Source: Rhizophagus irregularis
Lineage: Eukaryota
Length of the DNA stretch: 64,000 nt
Assembly: GCF_026210795.1 (NCBI RefSeq)
Contig: NC_089429.1
Location: 6,262,001-6,326,000 of the forward strand
Direction: 5' to 3'
The first letter of the stretch is position 1, and every line of letters starts with the position of its first letter. The position numbers and the translations under genes are program-made. Positions 26,280-40,483 of this stretch are shown here, one piece after another. The notes beneath the pieces were generated by a model that was not told the DNA's origin, did not search any database, and was given only the letters and a program-made list of their open reading frames with translations.

Positions 26280-28110
26280 CAGTTTCACAATCACACGATC
26301 CATATCCTGAAAAGAATGAACGTTATCTCATATAAGAATATCATCTGTTCCAAAAGATGCTAAACCTAAAAGTAAAGAGAAAGTAACATTAATGAAATGT
26401 TTCTAGGTTATCTTCCCAAATTCATACTTCCCAAGAAAAGTCTATCCTACCTATAAAAAAATATTCCAAGTCCAATTCGTTATACCTAAAGAAAAAAATC
26501 AATCAACGCTCATCCCGGTAAATATACTTGTTAACTGTTAGTTCCAAAAGAACTTGCCTCTTTTCGGTACCTACAAATAGAAAAGAAAAAGTAGTTAGTT
26601 TCTTCAAAGCAAAATTAAAAAAAAAACCTTAAAAAAAGGTTTCAAAACGAACCGTTTCAAAACTTACCGATCGATCCTACCATCAAAGTTCAAGGAAGCC
26701 GAAAACTACAAAAAAAAAGATAAAAAAAATGAATAAAAAAATATAATAAAAAAATATAATAATTATTTTAATGAAATTTCGGAATTTTTTTTTCGAAACT
26801 CACCTGAGAATCCGGTCTCACGCGTCCAGGTTCTGGAAAAACTATGGCTTGAAACTTCTTTTGGAAGCTCTAGAACGTGTACAGAGTGTAGAAGGTGTCT
26901 CATATGTAATTGATCCAAAAGCCAAAGGATGCTCTTTATGGTACTATATACTCTTGATCCTACTACTCTAGATGGTTTATTTACACATCTTGAGTAAAAT
27001 TGTGGACAATATTCGTGGTGAAAGTACAAAAAGACATTGGATTATTTTTGATGGTGACGTAGATTCTGAATGGGTAGAAAGTTATGTCACTAAACGTTTG
27101 GTTATTGGTGTTATTTGGAGATTTCGTACGTGGAATTACAATTGTACCGCATGCATCTCCTGGATCATCTGTTATTGACTCCTCCCGACTGTCTAAAAAA
27201 AGAAGAAAACGAAATATTAGTGAACGTTTCATTAGACGCGTTATCCTGTACGAGGAAAAGATTACCGAGTTTAAGACCAAAGAATAGCGACTTTGTGATC
27301 GAGCTTTTGAAGTTAAAAAACGAGAACGCGAATATCAGACAAGGAACTTAAATATAGTTTTCCATCGAATTCCCACGCGTCTCCCGGCCATCTAAAAAAA
27401 AAAAGAAAATGAAACGTTAACGAACGTTTCACTAAAATAATTTATTTAAAATAAAGAAAACTCTACCCACTGAAATCTATGTCCAAAAGAACTGAAGAAT
27501 CGCCTACAAAGAAAAAAACAATTGTTAGTGAACAGTTCGTTAAATGAATAAATTAAAGTAAAAATACAACCACACTAAATCCAGCACGTTCAAGAAACAG
27601 TAATTACAATTTCATTAAAACAAAAAAATTTAAAAAAATTTAGAAAGAAGTAGTCTGAAACCTAAAGAAAGAAAATAAATGAACGTTAATAAAAAAACCG
27701 AAACAAAAATTAAGATAATGAAAAAAATTCGAATACTAACTTTCTTTTCCAAAGAGAATCATCAAAAGAGAAAAATCGCTGAAACATAAAAAAAGAAGAG
27801 TTGAAGACCTAAAAAAGAGAAGACGAAAGTTAATAAAGAAAATGACAAAAACAAAATAGAGAAGGAACAGGCGAACACAACAATTAAAAGAAAAAAACTG
27901 AAAAACTTACGAAATTTCGCGTCCAGGAGACCAAGAGAGAGCGAAAGAACCACTCAAAAAAACAAAAAATAGTCCGGCGTTTTGATAAGGATTTTTTCAA
28001 CAGAAAGAATGAGAAGCGGAAAAGGAGAAAGAAAGACGAAGCAAAAGGAACGAAGGAAAGTAAGGGAAAGAAATAGTAGTTTATTTAACGGATATTTTTA
28101 GCAAATTCGA
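26280..28110 (-). other. Intron-array (micro-exon) element, copy 2, with captured fragments
   Basis: Minus-strand CCGTTAAATAAAC (about 28090) and pyrimidine tract, repeated GT(A/G)AG donors and TnAG acceptors, GAAACGTT..TAACGTTTC motifs; exon TAGATGGCCGGGAGACGCGTGGGAATTCG is homologous to copy-1 TAGATGGCCAAAAAACGCGTTGAAATTCG. Confidence 0.55.
26827..27080 (+). pseudogene. Cytoplasmic dynein heavy chain AAA2 fragment
   Basis: [72 protein letters not shown], across frameshifts; isolated piece of about 250 bp. Confidence 0.9.
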
Positions 28111-28199
28111 GTAACGTCTAATTGCAGATTTTTACTAATTTAGGTCGGATATAGTTCTAATTAATTGTATCAGGGTTGACTAGGAAAATAGAATATAGA

Positions 28200-29420
28200 A
28201 AGAAATAGTTAATGGCAACAAATATTTTAGACCATATGAACCTATGGTGTTTAATGAAGTTAGGAAGAACATATAAATAGTAAAATCGATAAATTTATAG
28301 TTCGTGATAGTAGTATTACGGTAATTATTTAAAAGACCAATTGGAAATTTTTTAATTATAGATCAACCAAAATATTAATAGATTGTAAAGAACAAAGTTA
28401 TCTTGAGGATAAGACGATAAGTACTAGATATATAATTTTATATCGAGTTACAAAATAATATTGGGAATCAATTAAATGTATTTAACATAGGAAATCGCGA
28501 TTAAGGAATTGATAAATTTAATGATCTTGTTAATATTTAATGAATTGAATTGAAATTAATATTCCTAAAAAGATTTTGAATATGATTAATAAGTTTATGA
28601 CCGAAAGTAGCGAAAGAAAAAGTTTAAATTATAAATATTTTCTTGAACTAGTTTTTATTGGGGAGGGATTGGATTTTTAATAATAAGTTATTTATAACAT
28701 GGGATTTGACAAATTTAGAATGAATAAATTTGTATTAAGATGGAATAATAGCGTTATATATGGCAATAGAAACTTGATGAAAAGATTGGATCAAATTGAA
28801 TATAAAGTGAAATATTAATTAGTTAATAATGTTTAGTTTCAGAAAAGGTGAAAGCAATAATAGAAATTATACTAGTGAACAATTCGATCATATAAAATTA
28901 AAAATTTTTTTAAAACAGTTACCGACGTATGATATATTGGTAGAAAGAAATTGAGGAATATTTTTGTATGTTTGAAGATCGTACCTATAGGAAATTCAAA
29001 TGTGTTCATATATCTAGACCTGTAATGCTAACAAAAAGTGGTATTAGTCTATTAGATACGTTATATGATCTGGAATTAAAATATAGAGACACAGATTCAA
29101 ATAAATTCAAACAATTAATTGTCGCGATAAAAGTTGATTTAATGAATCTTTTGAGAGAGAATTCTAAAGTTAACAAGAGGTCTTTCAGGAACATTGTTAT
29201 TTAAATATACGACAAAAAATTTGGCTGAATCGTTGCGAAGAGACTATAGAGTCAGAGAAAAAAGCAGGAATCACGGCAAGAGATAAAAAACGTAGATAAC
29301 TAACATGAATCGGATGGTGAAGGAGTGGAGCGTATTGAGAACAAAAAATAATAGAATAATCAAGTTATTAGTAATGATGTATTGATAGATAGACCGTACA
29401 GTAACATATGGGATATACAT
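28200..29420 (+). mobile_element. Decayed non-LTR retrotransposon ORF2 C-terminal region
   Basis: LKQLPTYDILVER and IWLNRCEETIESEKKAGITARDKKR resemble the LINE zinc-binding/C-terminal region; many stops. Confidence 0.5.
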
Positions 29421-29527
29421 ATAGTGATAATTTAATGTAAACGTAACTTAGAAATATTTATGTAGTAAAAGATTTTATGGAAACGCAATTTTTGGACAGA
29501 AAATGAAGTTTTCCTTTAACTATCGGT

Positions 29528-30150
29528 TTGGATGAAAAAAATATAAAATGTTTCCATATAAGATGGTTTGATGGGAAGCTAAAGGTCAAGGATATTAAAG
29601 AGCGTTGTAAATGGAAGGCATATAAAGTGCTTTACAGTGGCTATAATCAAGGAGTAGACAAAGGTGACCAATTTTTGAATATGAAAAAAATGTACGTTTT
29701 GGAAAGAAATGGTTTAGAAGGGGCTTGGATCATCCATGGACGGCATCGAGTTCGACGTAACGGTTTATCGATTGTAAACAACGTTAACACTACAACGAAG
29801 CGAAGCGTAACTCCGGAAGATAGTCCCTTACTAGAAATTAGATAACCACAAATGATCTTATGGATGAATTGATGGCCAAAGATATATTAAAGACGCCACC
29901 GTCAGTTGAGGAGGTTATGGAAACGGTCAATAAATTTCGTATGGGAACATTAAACGAGGACAACTGTTCGATCATTTCACAATCAATTAAAAAATACACT
30001 TAACCGGAAGAAGTGGTCAAGATAATTAGAAAATTGCGGGATGTTTTACATATTTTTGTATAATGCGAGCTGTACGTCTCTCACTCAGCAGTATAAGTGT
30101 TATTTGGCCAGATCTGTTTCATGGTTTACACGCTGATAAGAAAGAAGACT
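29528..30150 (+). mobile_element. Possible decayed LINE ORF1 (gag-like) remnant
   Basis: Coding-like broken ORFs next to the LINE relic; weak zinc-knuckle-like remnant near 30100. Confidence 0.25.
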
Positions 30151-30939
30151 GTGTAATTCAAAAAGTTTATCAGACGAAGAATTTTATGATTTACTAAGAA
30201 TTGGTTAGCTCAAAAAAAGATCTCGGATGAAGAATTATACGTTTATAATCAATTAACGCAAGGTTATCGAACCAGCCGGAAGAAAAAATGATCAAATCTA
30301 CGGATGGCATAAAGAAGGGAAGAAACGCGTTATGGAACGAGAAGAAGAGGAAGAAGAGGAAGAGGAATGACAAACGGTGCAGAAAAAAAAGACGAAAAAT
30401 AAAAATAAAATAAAAAAACGAATTAATGTAGTATTACTTTCTTGTAAACTTTATTTTAGTATAGTTTTTAGTATAGATTGCTCAAAATATTTAGATAGTT
30501 ATAGTAATTAGTATTTCAATAATTTAGTATTGTCAACATTTAATACAGGATGACAAAAACCGTGACTTAAAATTTCCTTTCGAGTTTCAACTTGCAGAGA
30601 ATTTTAATGGTTCTAGGCGTCTACGCAAGCAATGCATAAAAGAGTTGAAAGCACGTTTCTAAAAGGAACAAGAATAAAAATAAAACTAAATAAGGTTCTT
30701 ATCTCTATCTTGAAAGTAAATTTTACATTCTAATAATATGTGATATATAAGTTTACTTTTCAGATATCAAATACATGTATTTTTGCGATATTTTAAACTA
30801 ATTATTATGTAAAATCTAATCTTATAATTTTTAAATGTAAATTATTAATTCCTTCTTCGTCTGTACTGTTATCGTCTGTACTGTTATTGTTTACCTGTTA
30901 AACCTTTTATTTGTCCATCAATCTCCCAAGCATACATAT

Positions 30940-31150
30940 CTCAAGATGGGAGAACCATTGACGAATATGAGGTTTTTTGTTCCTCCGTGAGTTTCTTCCA
31001 TTCTTGGGAAGAGTTCTGACTGAAACAGACAACTCCAGTACATCGGGTTTGTTTCTTTTAAATTGCCAACCCTTGTTTTGCTCATCTTCTTTATCCCACT
31101 TTGTTGTTTAATGCGAAGACAATGAGTTTTTTGTGTCATTGGAATAAGGG
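30940..31150 (-). pseudogene. Possible HMG-box relic
   Basis: A frame other than the listed ORF reads SQEWKKLTEEQKTSY (like HMG helix 3). Confidence 0.35.
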
Positions 31151-32079
31151 AAGAATCAGAATTTTGTGTACGTTGTGATTATTGAGTGATTTTAATTATA
31201 GTTTTGTAATTTATTTTATTAAGTAATGGGTAGGAAACAGCGATAATAAATATGAAATTACTTTTTAACTTGTAAAACTTGTAAAATGGATTTGGTATTA
31301 TAGCTGTTTTCAAAAGTTATTATCCAGATAGGTACAAATAATAATCTAAGAGTATGTAGCAATTTAAAGTTTTTATCAACAATCAAATGTCTAAAGTCCT
31401 TTTATTAAACTTCTTTAATTATTTTAATTATTAGTAAAACTAAAATATTTGTAAATTAAAATATGTATGAATTTTTTTATATATATGAGTCAATAATAAC
31501 TAAAATATCTATAATTTTGGATAAATATTTTGCTGATGCAGCCTTAACAGCATATAGAGTTTTGTCCATTAGAATTAATAATTTTTTCATTTTTTCATTA
31601 TTAATTTTTTCTTTTTATCCTTCTGCAATTCTCTAATTCATCTTGAATACCATCTGATCTTTACAACAACTTTTGATTATTAAAGGATATTACAAAACCA
31701 TACAGTTTATCTTTACTATTTTATGTATTCTTAGTAAATATAAGTAGTAAAGAAAATAAAAAATAAATGTAAATATTGAAATTATTGAAATAAGAAGTAT
31801 CAGTAATAAAAGAGTTAGTTAAAAATACAAATGTATAGACTAGTTAGTTAGTTAATGATAATTCAGTTTCTATTTTACTTTTAGTATAGTTTTTTAGTTT
31901 AGGTAGTATGCATTTGTATAAGAATGTTTGTGCAAAACAAATAAATATTTTTGTTCCCCATAAGCCTTTTTTACAAATCATCTTAAAAAAAAATGAAATT
32001 CGCTATACCAAGATTTTAAAATCATGAACACTAGATCTTTTTAGAGCAAATTGTTTTTTTCAAAATTTTGAGATCCAAG

Positions 32080-32480
32080 GCAATGTGGATAGAGTTTTAA
32101 TTTTATTAATAAATAATCCAAAATATAGTGATATAGAAATTATTTGTGAAGATAATATAAATAATATCCAAATAGGGCAATTTTAGCAGTGAGGTCAGAT
32201 GTATCCCTGTAAAAAAAATTCTGGAAAAACTCTGATAAATGATCATTTTCTAGCTTTTACTCTGAAGAAACTCAGACACGTGATCATTTTTCTGAAAAAT
32301 TTTTATAGGGTACTTGATGCTCTGCTTTATAATGGAATGAAAGTTATGAAAATCAAATTCATTTTCCAACATTTAATTCTTCTGTAATGAAATTATATTG
32401 GAATATGCTTATACAGGTTCAGTAGAGAAAAATCTTTAACCTGATAATATTATAATTCTAGTGTTACAGATTATTTCCAA
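32080..32480 (+). pseudogene. BTB/POZ domain pseudogene interrupted by a MITE
   Basis: LINNPKYSDIEIICED..AILAVRSDV[MITE]LDALLYNGMK..YENQIHFPTFNSSVM..LEYAYTGSV. Confidence 0.75.
32205..32310. mobile_element. CMC/CACTA-like MITE (CCCT[AG]TAAAAA family)
   Basis: CCCTGTAAAAA...TTTTTATAGGG, 3-bp TSD TAT/TAC; removing it restores the BTB frame. Confidence 0.7.
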
Positions 32481-32519
32481 TAACCTTTTTTACTTTTTGA
32501 TAATATCAAAATAAATCAA

Positions 32520-33920
32520 ATGTAATTTCATTAGATGTATGTTGTTGCATTCATGATTATGAGGAGAATTTTAGCAAATCAATAAAATTGCTATCATTCC
32601 AATTGATCTTTTTTTATATCAATATATTAAGCTAATTAGTATATGAATAAGAGATCTGATTTTGATAGTATGATTATTCTGCTGCTATATTGGAGCCATT
32701 AATAAAAATTTCTTATTGGTGCTTTTAAGGTAATTGATTATTTGCTTTGTTAAATTAGTTTTTCCTGTACCAGCTGAACCAGTAATGAAGAAAAATGGAT
32801 GCTTTTTTTATCTTTTAAAGAACTCTAAGATGAAGTTATAATATTATATACTTTATATTGATCTTGTGAAGTGTTTAATAATTCATTATCTGATATAATT
32901 ATAGGTTTGGAATTAAATTATAGAGCTGTTTGCTAATAATATCTTTTATATTTTGTTGTATTGATATTAGTAAATTATTAATTAAATTTCTGTAATTTCT
33001 TGAATATAAGGAATGTGACAAATTGGTTGCATTAATTATGTGTGTTGTCATTATATATTCTCTTAGAAAAAATGCTAAAATGCTAATTGGTAAGTAGAGT
33101 GATTTTCTTTTAGTTCATTTTCACTTCTGGAAGGTTTATTAAATAACAACTGTTAATAGAAAGATGGCTTTGCATTTTAATAGTTAAATATTGAAATCTA
33201 ACCAAACTTGGGATTCATTGCTAACAACTGTCTGTTTGTTATTTTAGCAGGCCGATCAATATTGTTGTATATATTGTTCAACCATTCAACCATCTTATTG
33301 ATAGGCACATAAGGTTCTTGTTTTGTAACATATTTGCACATATATTTCTGATGACTTTCCATAATAGTAAAGTTGATGCATGGTAAGTAACTACCAATGA
33401 TCTTTTGGTTTTGTTCAACAATATATAAATCTACCTGTATTATTATTAAAATATATTATTTCTGAAAGTGGTTTAGGTCTTAATGTTTCTGGAATATTTT
33501 CTTCATCATAATACCTTTGCCAAATAAATCTTCAATTAAAGTACTTACTCTATGAGATTTGTCACCATATACAAGCTCATAAGGAGTTTTTTTGTGAGAA
33601 TAGCAATAGGAATGATTTATATATAAAATAATTGAATAGAGCCTAACATTTGCCTAATCTTTGCTGTAAAATCCCATAAGTTGCCCTTGACTTTGAAATA
33701 ATGTGAATGCCCATGATTAATTATTTTTATTGTTAGCCATAATAAATTAACCAATTCTTTTATTATTATATATAAGTCAATAACAAAATTGTTACCAATT
33801 ATGTTTGCTATAGAGGAAATTGCTGGAGTATATCCAGGTGGGATAGAAGATGGATCCCAGAATACTTTACTTATAGGTATAGTTATTTGATAAGCTGCCA
33901 AGTTTGTGCATTGCAACTAG
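32520..33920 (-). mobile_element. Decayed Helitron-like Rep/PIF1 helicase
   Basis: HPFFFITGSAGTGKT (PIF1 Walker A, about 32760-32805); Rep-like VVTYHASTLLLW and YMCKYVTKQEP (about 33310-33400); many stops. Confidence 0.55.
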
Positions 33921-35574
33921 AAGGATCACAGTGAATTCTTTTCATTGTCAGACTGAAGTATTTTGGGTAGAGAACCTAGGAAATGAAAACTTTTACCTAA
34001 GAAAATCATGTAAAATGGTCTTGGACATGACAAATATATTTATATTCTCCATTAGCATCATATTATAATAGATCAACCAAATCCATCTGTTAATATTAAT
34101 GTAAAATTTATATTAATTTTAATAAAGTTTTAAATAGAAATTAAGAAATTAACTATCTGAATATGAGAAGATTCTTGTGTAATTAACTTTGCAGCCAAAG
34201 AATGAAATGAGGGTTTATTTGTATAGTTGTTAACAAAATTTTCAACTGAATTTTGCTTTATCTAGTTCTACCTTTCTTTAATGGATTTCTAAAGCTGCTT
34301 TGCCTTGCATATTGATCTATTTCAGTATTTGTTCTACATAGAACTTCATACATATTTTCAAGCATAAGAACTGGTTTATTATTTGCTTTAACCATTACTC
34401 TAAAATCTCCAGGAACAATTTGTTTAAGACAAAATTGCTTTTTAGTCCAATCATAATAAGTGTATTTATCACAAGTATGAGAATCTAATAATACTGCTTT
34501 TATTTTATCTAACAGTTCTAAATTTATTAAAGCTTTATCCCATTTACATTCTAGAAGTTTATTAAGGTAATTATTTACTGTATTGATTCATATCTAAATA
34601 ATGAATAACAAATATTAGATTTTAATAGATTTATAAAGAAATAAAATTATTATTTACTTACTTATTATATCTTCAAAATTTGACTCTCATAAGCAATACT
34701 TAGTTAATTATATAAATTTTTATAAGTTTAAAATCTATATATATTGAAATTTATATATGCAAATTACTCATATTTTATATTCTAGATGAGTTGCTTTTCT
34801 TCAAGGTAAGCACTTTCCGGTCTGTTATAATGGACTCACTATATACTATGCAAATCTGTCTCTAAATCTTTGCTAATCTTCATAGTTTACAGGTTGATAT
34901 TGAATTATATTGATATTATCTTTTTAACCAGAAATAATATAAATTGTTATGAAATCATAATTGTTTTAACTTTATCTACTTTAATAAATGTAAACTTTTT
35001 AAGTATATGAACAATATCAATTTTACTACTAAATGATTAGACATTTCTATGCAATTTTGCCTTATATAAAAGAGTGATTTACCACAGAATATATATTACT
35101 TTAAATGCATAAGGATGAGTTTGGTTTCTTACATCTTCACTTATTATATATAAAGAGCATATTTATGAATAATAAATTATAAATTTGCTTGCTCTGATTA
35201 TGACTGAAAACAATAATTTAAGCTATATAACCACTAGTCTGGTATATTAATAATATAATATTATTTTACTATAAAATAATAAACTATAAGATAGGATGTG
35301 ATATTGTGACAGGATTAACTGTCTATCACTATTGGATTCATTGTATTTTTAATAAAATAGATGATACTTAAAAAATTGTCTTTAATATATTTTAATTCTA
35401 ACTTAACAATTTGGAAATATCCTATTATATCCCAAATTTCTATATTTTTTCCATTTATTACTAATCTAATGTGCCAATAAAAATCACATAATAACTCTTA
35501 ACAATGTGAATTTTAAATCCATGGCAAAATCTTGTATTATAAAATTATATATTTAAATCATAATAATTTAATGC

Positions 35575-35735
35575 CTCTAAGCTTTTTTGACAATCCAAGA
35601 TTGGCTAACTTGATGTTACCCTCATGGATCAATGCATTACCAAAGTGCTAAATTTTTATAAGTATTATAAATCTGGAATGGCAAGATAGTTTCTGGCTAT
35701 ATTTGATAGATTTGAGTATTCTGTTCCATTTATGA
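35575..35735 (-). pseudogene. Fused relics: hAT dimerisation motif and protein kinase subdomains VI-VII
   Basis: NGTEYSNLSNIARNYLAIP followed by HFGNALIHEGNIKLANLGLSK. Confidence 0.5.
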
Positions 35736-36519
35736 TAAAATATGATAAGCATTATTAGTGTGTTTTTACTATACTAGAATATCAGTTTTTTTTTTCAAAG
35801 CTACTTTTTTGTTTATTATTAAATGTTGAGTTTATTCTTTTTTTTGGTTTTTTCCTTCTGATAGTATTGAAAAACCTTGCACTCATTCTAACAATTTTGA
35901 ACTTTTATCATGCCAGAAATGTACAATATTAGGACCTTCTTTTTTTAGCATAATTCAGTACCTTTTTTTACTGAAGGATTTGAAAAAACTATTGACTTTC
36001 ATACCAAGAGGTTTGTCATCAACAGGTTTAATTCTGTTTCCAGGATTAAGAATATGTTTCTTTGGTAATTATATTCAAAAAATTGAGCTATTATTAACAG
36101 ATTTAAATGTTTTATAATTTTTTTATACATTAAGATATTTTAGGATATGCCTTAAACTATATATACATGCTGTATTCAAATCAGCTTTTTTTTGCTTCTT
36201 TTCTATCTGCAGATTATAATTTATACATGAATATAAATAAATTATAAATTATGAACAAAATTCATTTTTTGTTTTTAACTTTAGCTTTGAAAGATATTTT
36301 TTTTCTGTATTAATAATTATGCAAAATCCTTTGAGAAAATAGAATAAAGCAATTTGGTTGTTTTGTTTTGTTTTATTTTTAGATTTTTAATAATAACATA
36401 TTGGGTAGGTTGTATTCCAACATTAGATGGTTGGTGAGAAGATATAGAGCCCAATGTATGGTACTGACTACTGAAGTATTTTTTTATATATCCATTGTGT
36501 CTTTCCAAATTAATCAAGT

Positions 36520-36690
36520 GATTGTCTATTCTAGGAACTATATCTTTTGTCATAACACTATTTAATTCTCAATAATTGACACAAAGACGTCTTTCCATTT
36601 TCTTATGAATAAGAACTACAGGTGCAGCCCACGGACAAGTAGATTTCTTAATCAATCCTTCTTGTAGCATGCGTTGAATTTCCTTCTCAA
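36520..36690 (-). mobile_element. Ty3/Gypsy reverse transcriptase relic
   Basis: EIQRMLQEGLIKKSTCPWAAPVVLIHKK..RLCVNY*ELNSVMTKD..PRID. Confidence 0.75.
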
Positions 36691-39600
36691 TAAAATTTCT
36701 ATATTTTTTATTCTGTCAACTGCAGAATATTTTCATACTGCTTTACTATTACAGTATCTTGTATTAAGTTTTTTCGTCCTAACTCTGATGAATTCCATAC
36801 AAAACTTCCATGATGTTGAACTAGGAATCAGAACAATAGTAATTCTAAATCAACAGGAAGAGTTTTGACTTTCATCTTGACAGTAGCATGTGTAGTTTCT
36901 ATCCCAGGTCTTACTTCCATATGATAATACTTGATTTCCTTATATTTGATTAAATATTTGAAAGAAATTTGCAATTTCATTATAAAATGTTTAACTGAAC
37001 TTGCATTGTATTATAGATTATTATATTACTGTAAATTTTAACTGAATTTTGTGTGAATGATAAAATTTTAAAGCATTATTACAATACACTTAATTTTAAA
37101 CATTTGTTTAAAGTAAGCAGTTAGGCTTAAGTCTTAATTGATAGGTGTTATAAATTGTGGGTAACCATGAATGAGAAAATATAATAATAATAATTTGAGT
37201 GTGAGATAAAATAGTTTGACTTAAACTTATAATATGAGAAAGTTTGAAACTATTTTGTAGTCTCTAACTAAGGTTGTATTTTATTTTATATTATATAAGA
37301 ATGGTATAAAATAAATAAAGAGGAAATAAAATAAATTTCCCTATATTATCATGTATTAATTATATTATATTATATAAGAAATACTGTATATTATAAAAAG
37401 AACCTTTTTTTTATTAAGACATCCTATTATTTAGTATGGAAGTACTGTTAATAGTTTTAGAATTGGATATAAGTTTGCTTGTTTTCATCCTTAAAAGGTA
37501 TCATTTAGTTAAATACATCCAGTTATCCACTAATAAATTCAATTTTACAGTATGGTTGCTGGTAAACTGTTTGGTCCCAAATACTTGTAAGATAAGATCT
37601 TGTATCTTGGAGTGTAATATTACTAGGATAAGAGCAATAATTCTATAGGTAATTTTAAAATAAATTATGAATTTAATTTTTTTCCCTCCTTATTTTCACT
37701 GCAAGTTCTAGTGGTCCTTCTTGTAAAGATTATTAAAGAATCAGAGAATTTTTGCTGATACTGAATGCCAAATGTGATACTTGTGCCTCAAAAAGTAGTT
37801 GATAATACATATCAAAAACATCAAATGAGAATAATGCTAAAATTGATTACAAGGTGTTGCTAAAAACAACCTGTTTTAATTAAAGATTCTATTATTCCTC
37901 CAAATTCAATAGAACCATTTGTCTTGTATGATTAGCAAAGTAAGTTATTAAGAGTATATATAATAAAGTAAACTATTCTCTATTTAAATAAAGCCTAATT
38001 TAATTAAAATTTGAACTGGGTTATTATCATAATAGATTGTTTCTAACACATTTATATATATTCTGACTTCTGAGACATTGTTTCCCACATTTAATGGATT
38101 ATTGCTACTATATTAATCAATATTTTATTTGTTATAATGTATTAAAATAAATAATAATAATTTAAAAACCATTGTTTTTTTTTAAAAAATAAGGGTAATA
38201 GTAAGAAAAGAAGGAGAAAGTGAATCAAACAATTTGTAGAAGACAAAGCCCTGTATATATAGTAACAAAGAAAAAGAAAAGCCACATAAGAAAATTTGTC
38301 ATGTAACAATTGGTTTAATTTATTTGTCTCAGCCCCAAAAACAAAAGCCTCTGTGTATACTTAAAAAAAATTATATGATCAAGAAATATTTATTTCTCAT
38401 AATATAATTTCAATTTACACTACTAATTAAATCAAGAAATTAAGAAATTAACAAAAAATGCATGTCTTTACATGTTAGTATTTCCGCCTAAAATAAAAAT
38501 TAAATGTGTTATATTAACTCTTGTAAATCAGTAAATATAAATCAGATAAAATTGAGGCTTATTCCAAAAACAAAATCATAGAGAATATTGAGAGTATATA
38601 AAGTAAGAAAGTAAAAAATTATCTTTTTTATAATTATTTTTATTGTAGTAAACCTTATTACAGCAAATTTTTAGTAATTTGCGAATTGTTATTTTGGTGT
38701 TTGTTTGTTAATTAATTACATTTTCTAATAATTAATCCTTTAACTTCTTTATCATTTATTTTTAACTAAATATATTTTAAAAGATTGCATAATGATTGTG
38801 AAATAATCATTATGTAAAAAACACTATAAATGGAAATCAATAGATGTATTCACATTGATGGACCAGGCAAAAAAATGAGTGATCGATATTGTGAAAAAAT
38901 ACAATTTTTTTTAATAAAATATTATTTAAATATAAAAATAATGTTTACTTAAAATATAATTGTATTAAAAAAAATTTGATAATACATTAAACTCTGTGTT
39001 ACCAAGAACCACAAATTTAAATTTCTTAATAACACTTAATAATTATATTTTTCAGTTATTTTCATATCTCACAATATGTATTTAAACTATTTGCATTAGA
39101 ATCACAGATTACCAAAAAAAGTGGCATTTTTGGTATATGGAGTTTAATTCTTCTTAATTTTGATTATAGATTATAAATGTAATCCGTAAAATTCTTGTAA
39201 ATATTTTACACCATTTTCAAATTTCCAATGCTTTATTTTTACAAAGAAATTTATGTACACACCAAATAATAGTACTTTCCAAATATTTACAAGCTTAGAA
39301 AACTTTTAGCCAAATTTAGGAAAAATGAATTGAAAGCATTAAAATAGTTTTTAAAATTTGGATAGATTTAATAAATTAAAATCATGATCAATGCTAACTT
39401 TATCACCTACATATAATTCTTTTTTTTAATAAATTTTGTTTTGGAAATGCATACTTAATTTATAAAATTGATATTTTAATTCTTCAAAATACAAAATATT
39501 CATAAAGAGATAATTCAAGTTTACTCATTCCACCAAAAAATACTGTATTATTTATAGAATAAACTTCACAAAGATTAGCTTTTGCTAATTCCTTTTGCTC

Positions 39601-40483
39601 ATTGTTTGAAAATATTGTTTTTTTCTTATGTGGATCTAAAAGTGCAGCAACAAGAAACACATTGTTTCAATTACTCCTAGTTTAATACTATAATAATAAA
39701 GTACTTCAATTAGTAAAAGATATAGAAGATATAGAATTCCGTTAAAAGACCTATTACAAAATATTGAAAGAAATGTTTGATCAATGATACTAAGATTTTG
39801 ATTCTTTGAACGAATTACTGAAGAAGATAGATTTAATAAGAGAAATCATCTTTTACAAAATCATCAATTAATACTTGATCTCGGAACTTTGGCACACGTT
39901 AATATATCAAGCGCGGATGGAGGTTATATCAAAAATCAATAAATAAACGGTTTAGGCTAATAGATCAAGAACAATTTTTTTAGTTGACTGGTTCTTCAGT
40001 TTCAAAAAATGTATCATTAAATTTATCATAAATATTAAATACGCTATAAAGTTAAATTCGTGATCATAGTTTGTGCTGCGTTACAAATTTTCGATTTATA
40101 TTTCATAGACTTGAAGTTTAATTTTGCATTATCATTTATGTTGCGAGTAAGATTTTATAGAATTATTAAAATAGAACAATTTATTAGATTAATAAAATAC
40201 ATGAAATATGAAATAAAGAATAAACTATTTTATAAAAACTATTTTTTTTTTTTTTGAAAAATTACCACTAGCGATGATTCATCACTGAATCAATTTATAG
40301 AAACCGAAATAAGAAAAATAAGAAAGATAAATCTTTTTAAACAACCTAAACCTTAACAAAAAACAAATAAAAAAAATTGCTTTTATAGTATTATATTAAT
40401 CTGAGGTTTCTCAAAAAATTTACAAATGAACATTTTATATATATATATATATATATATAATAAATAATAAAAACGTAAAATTA

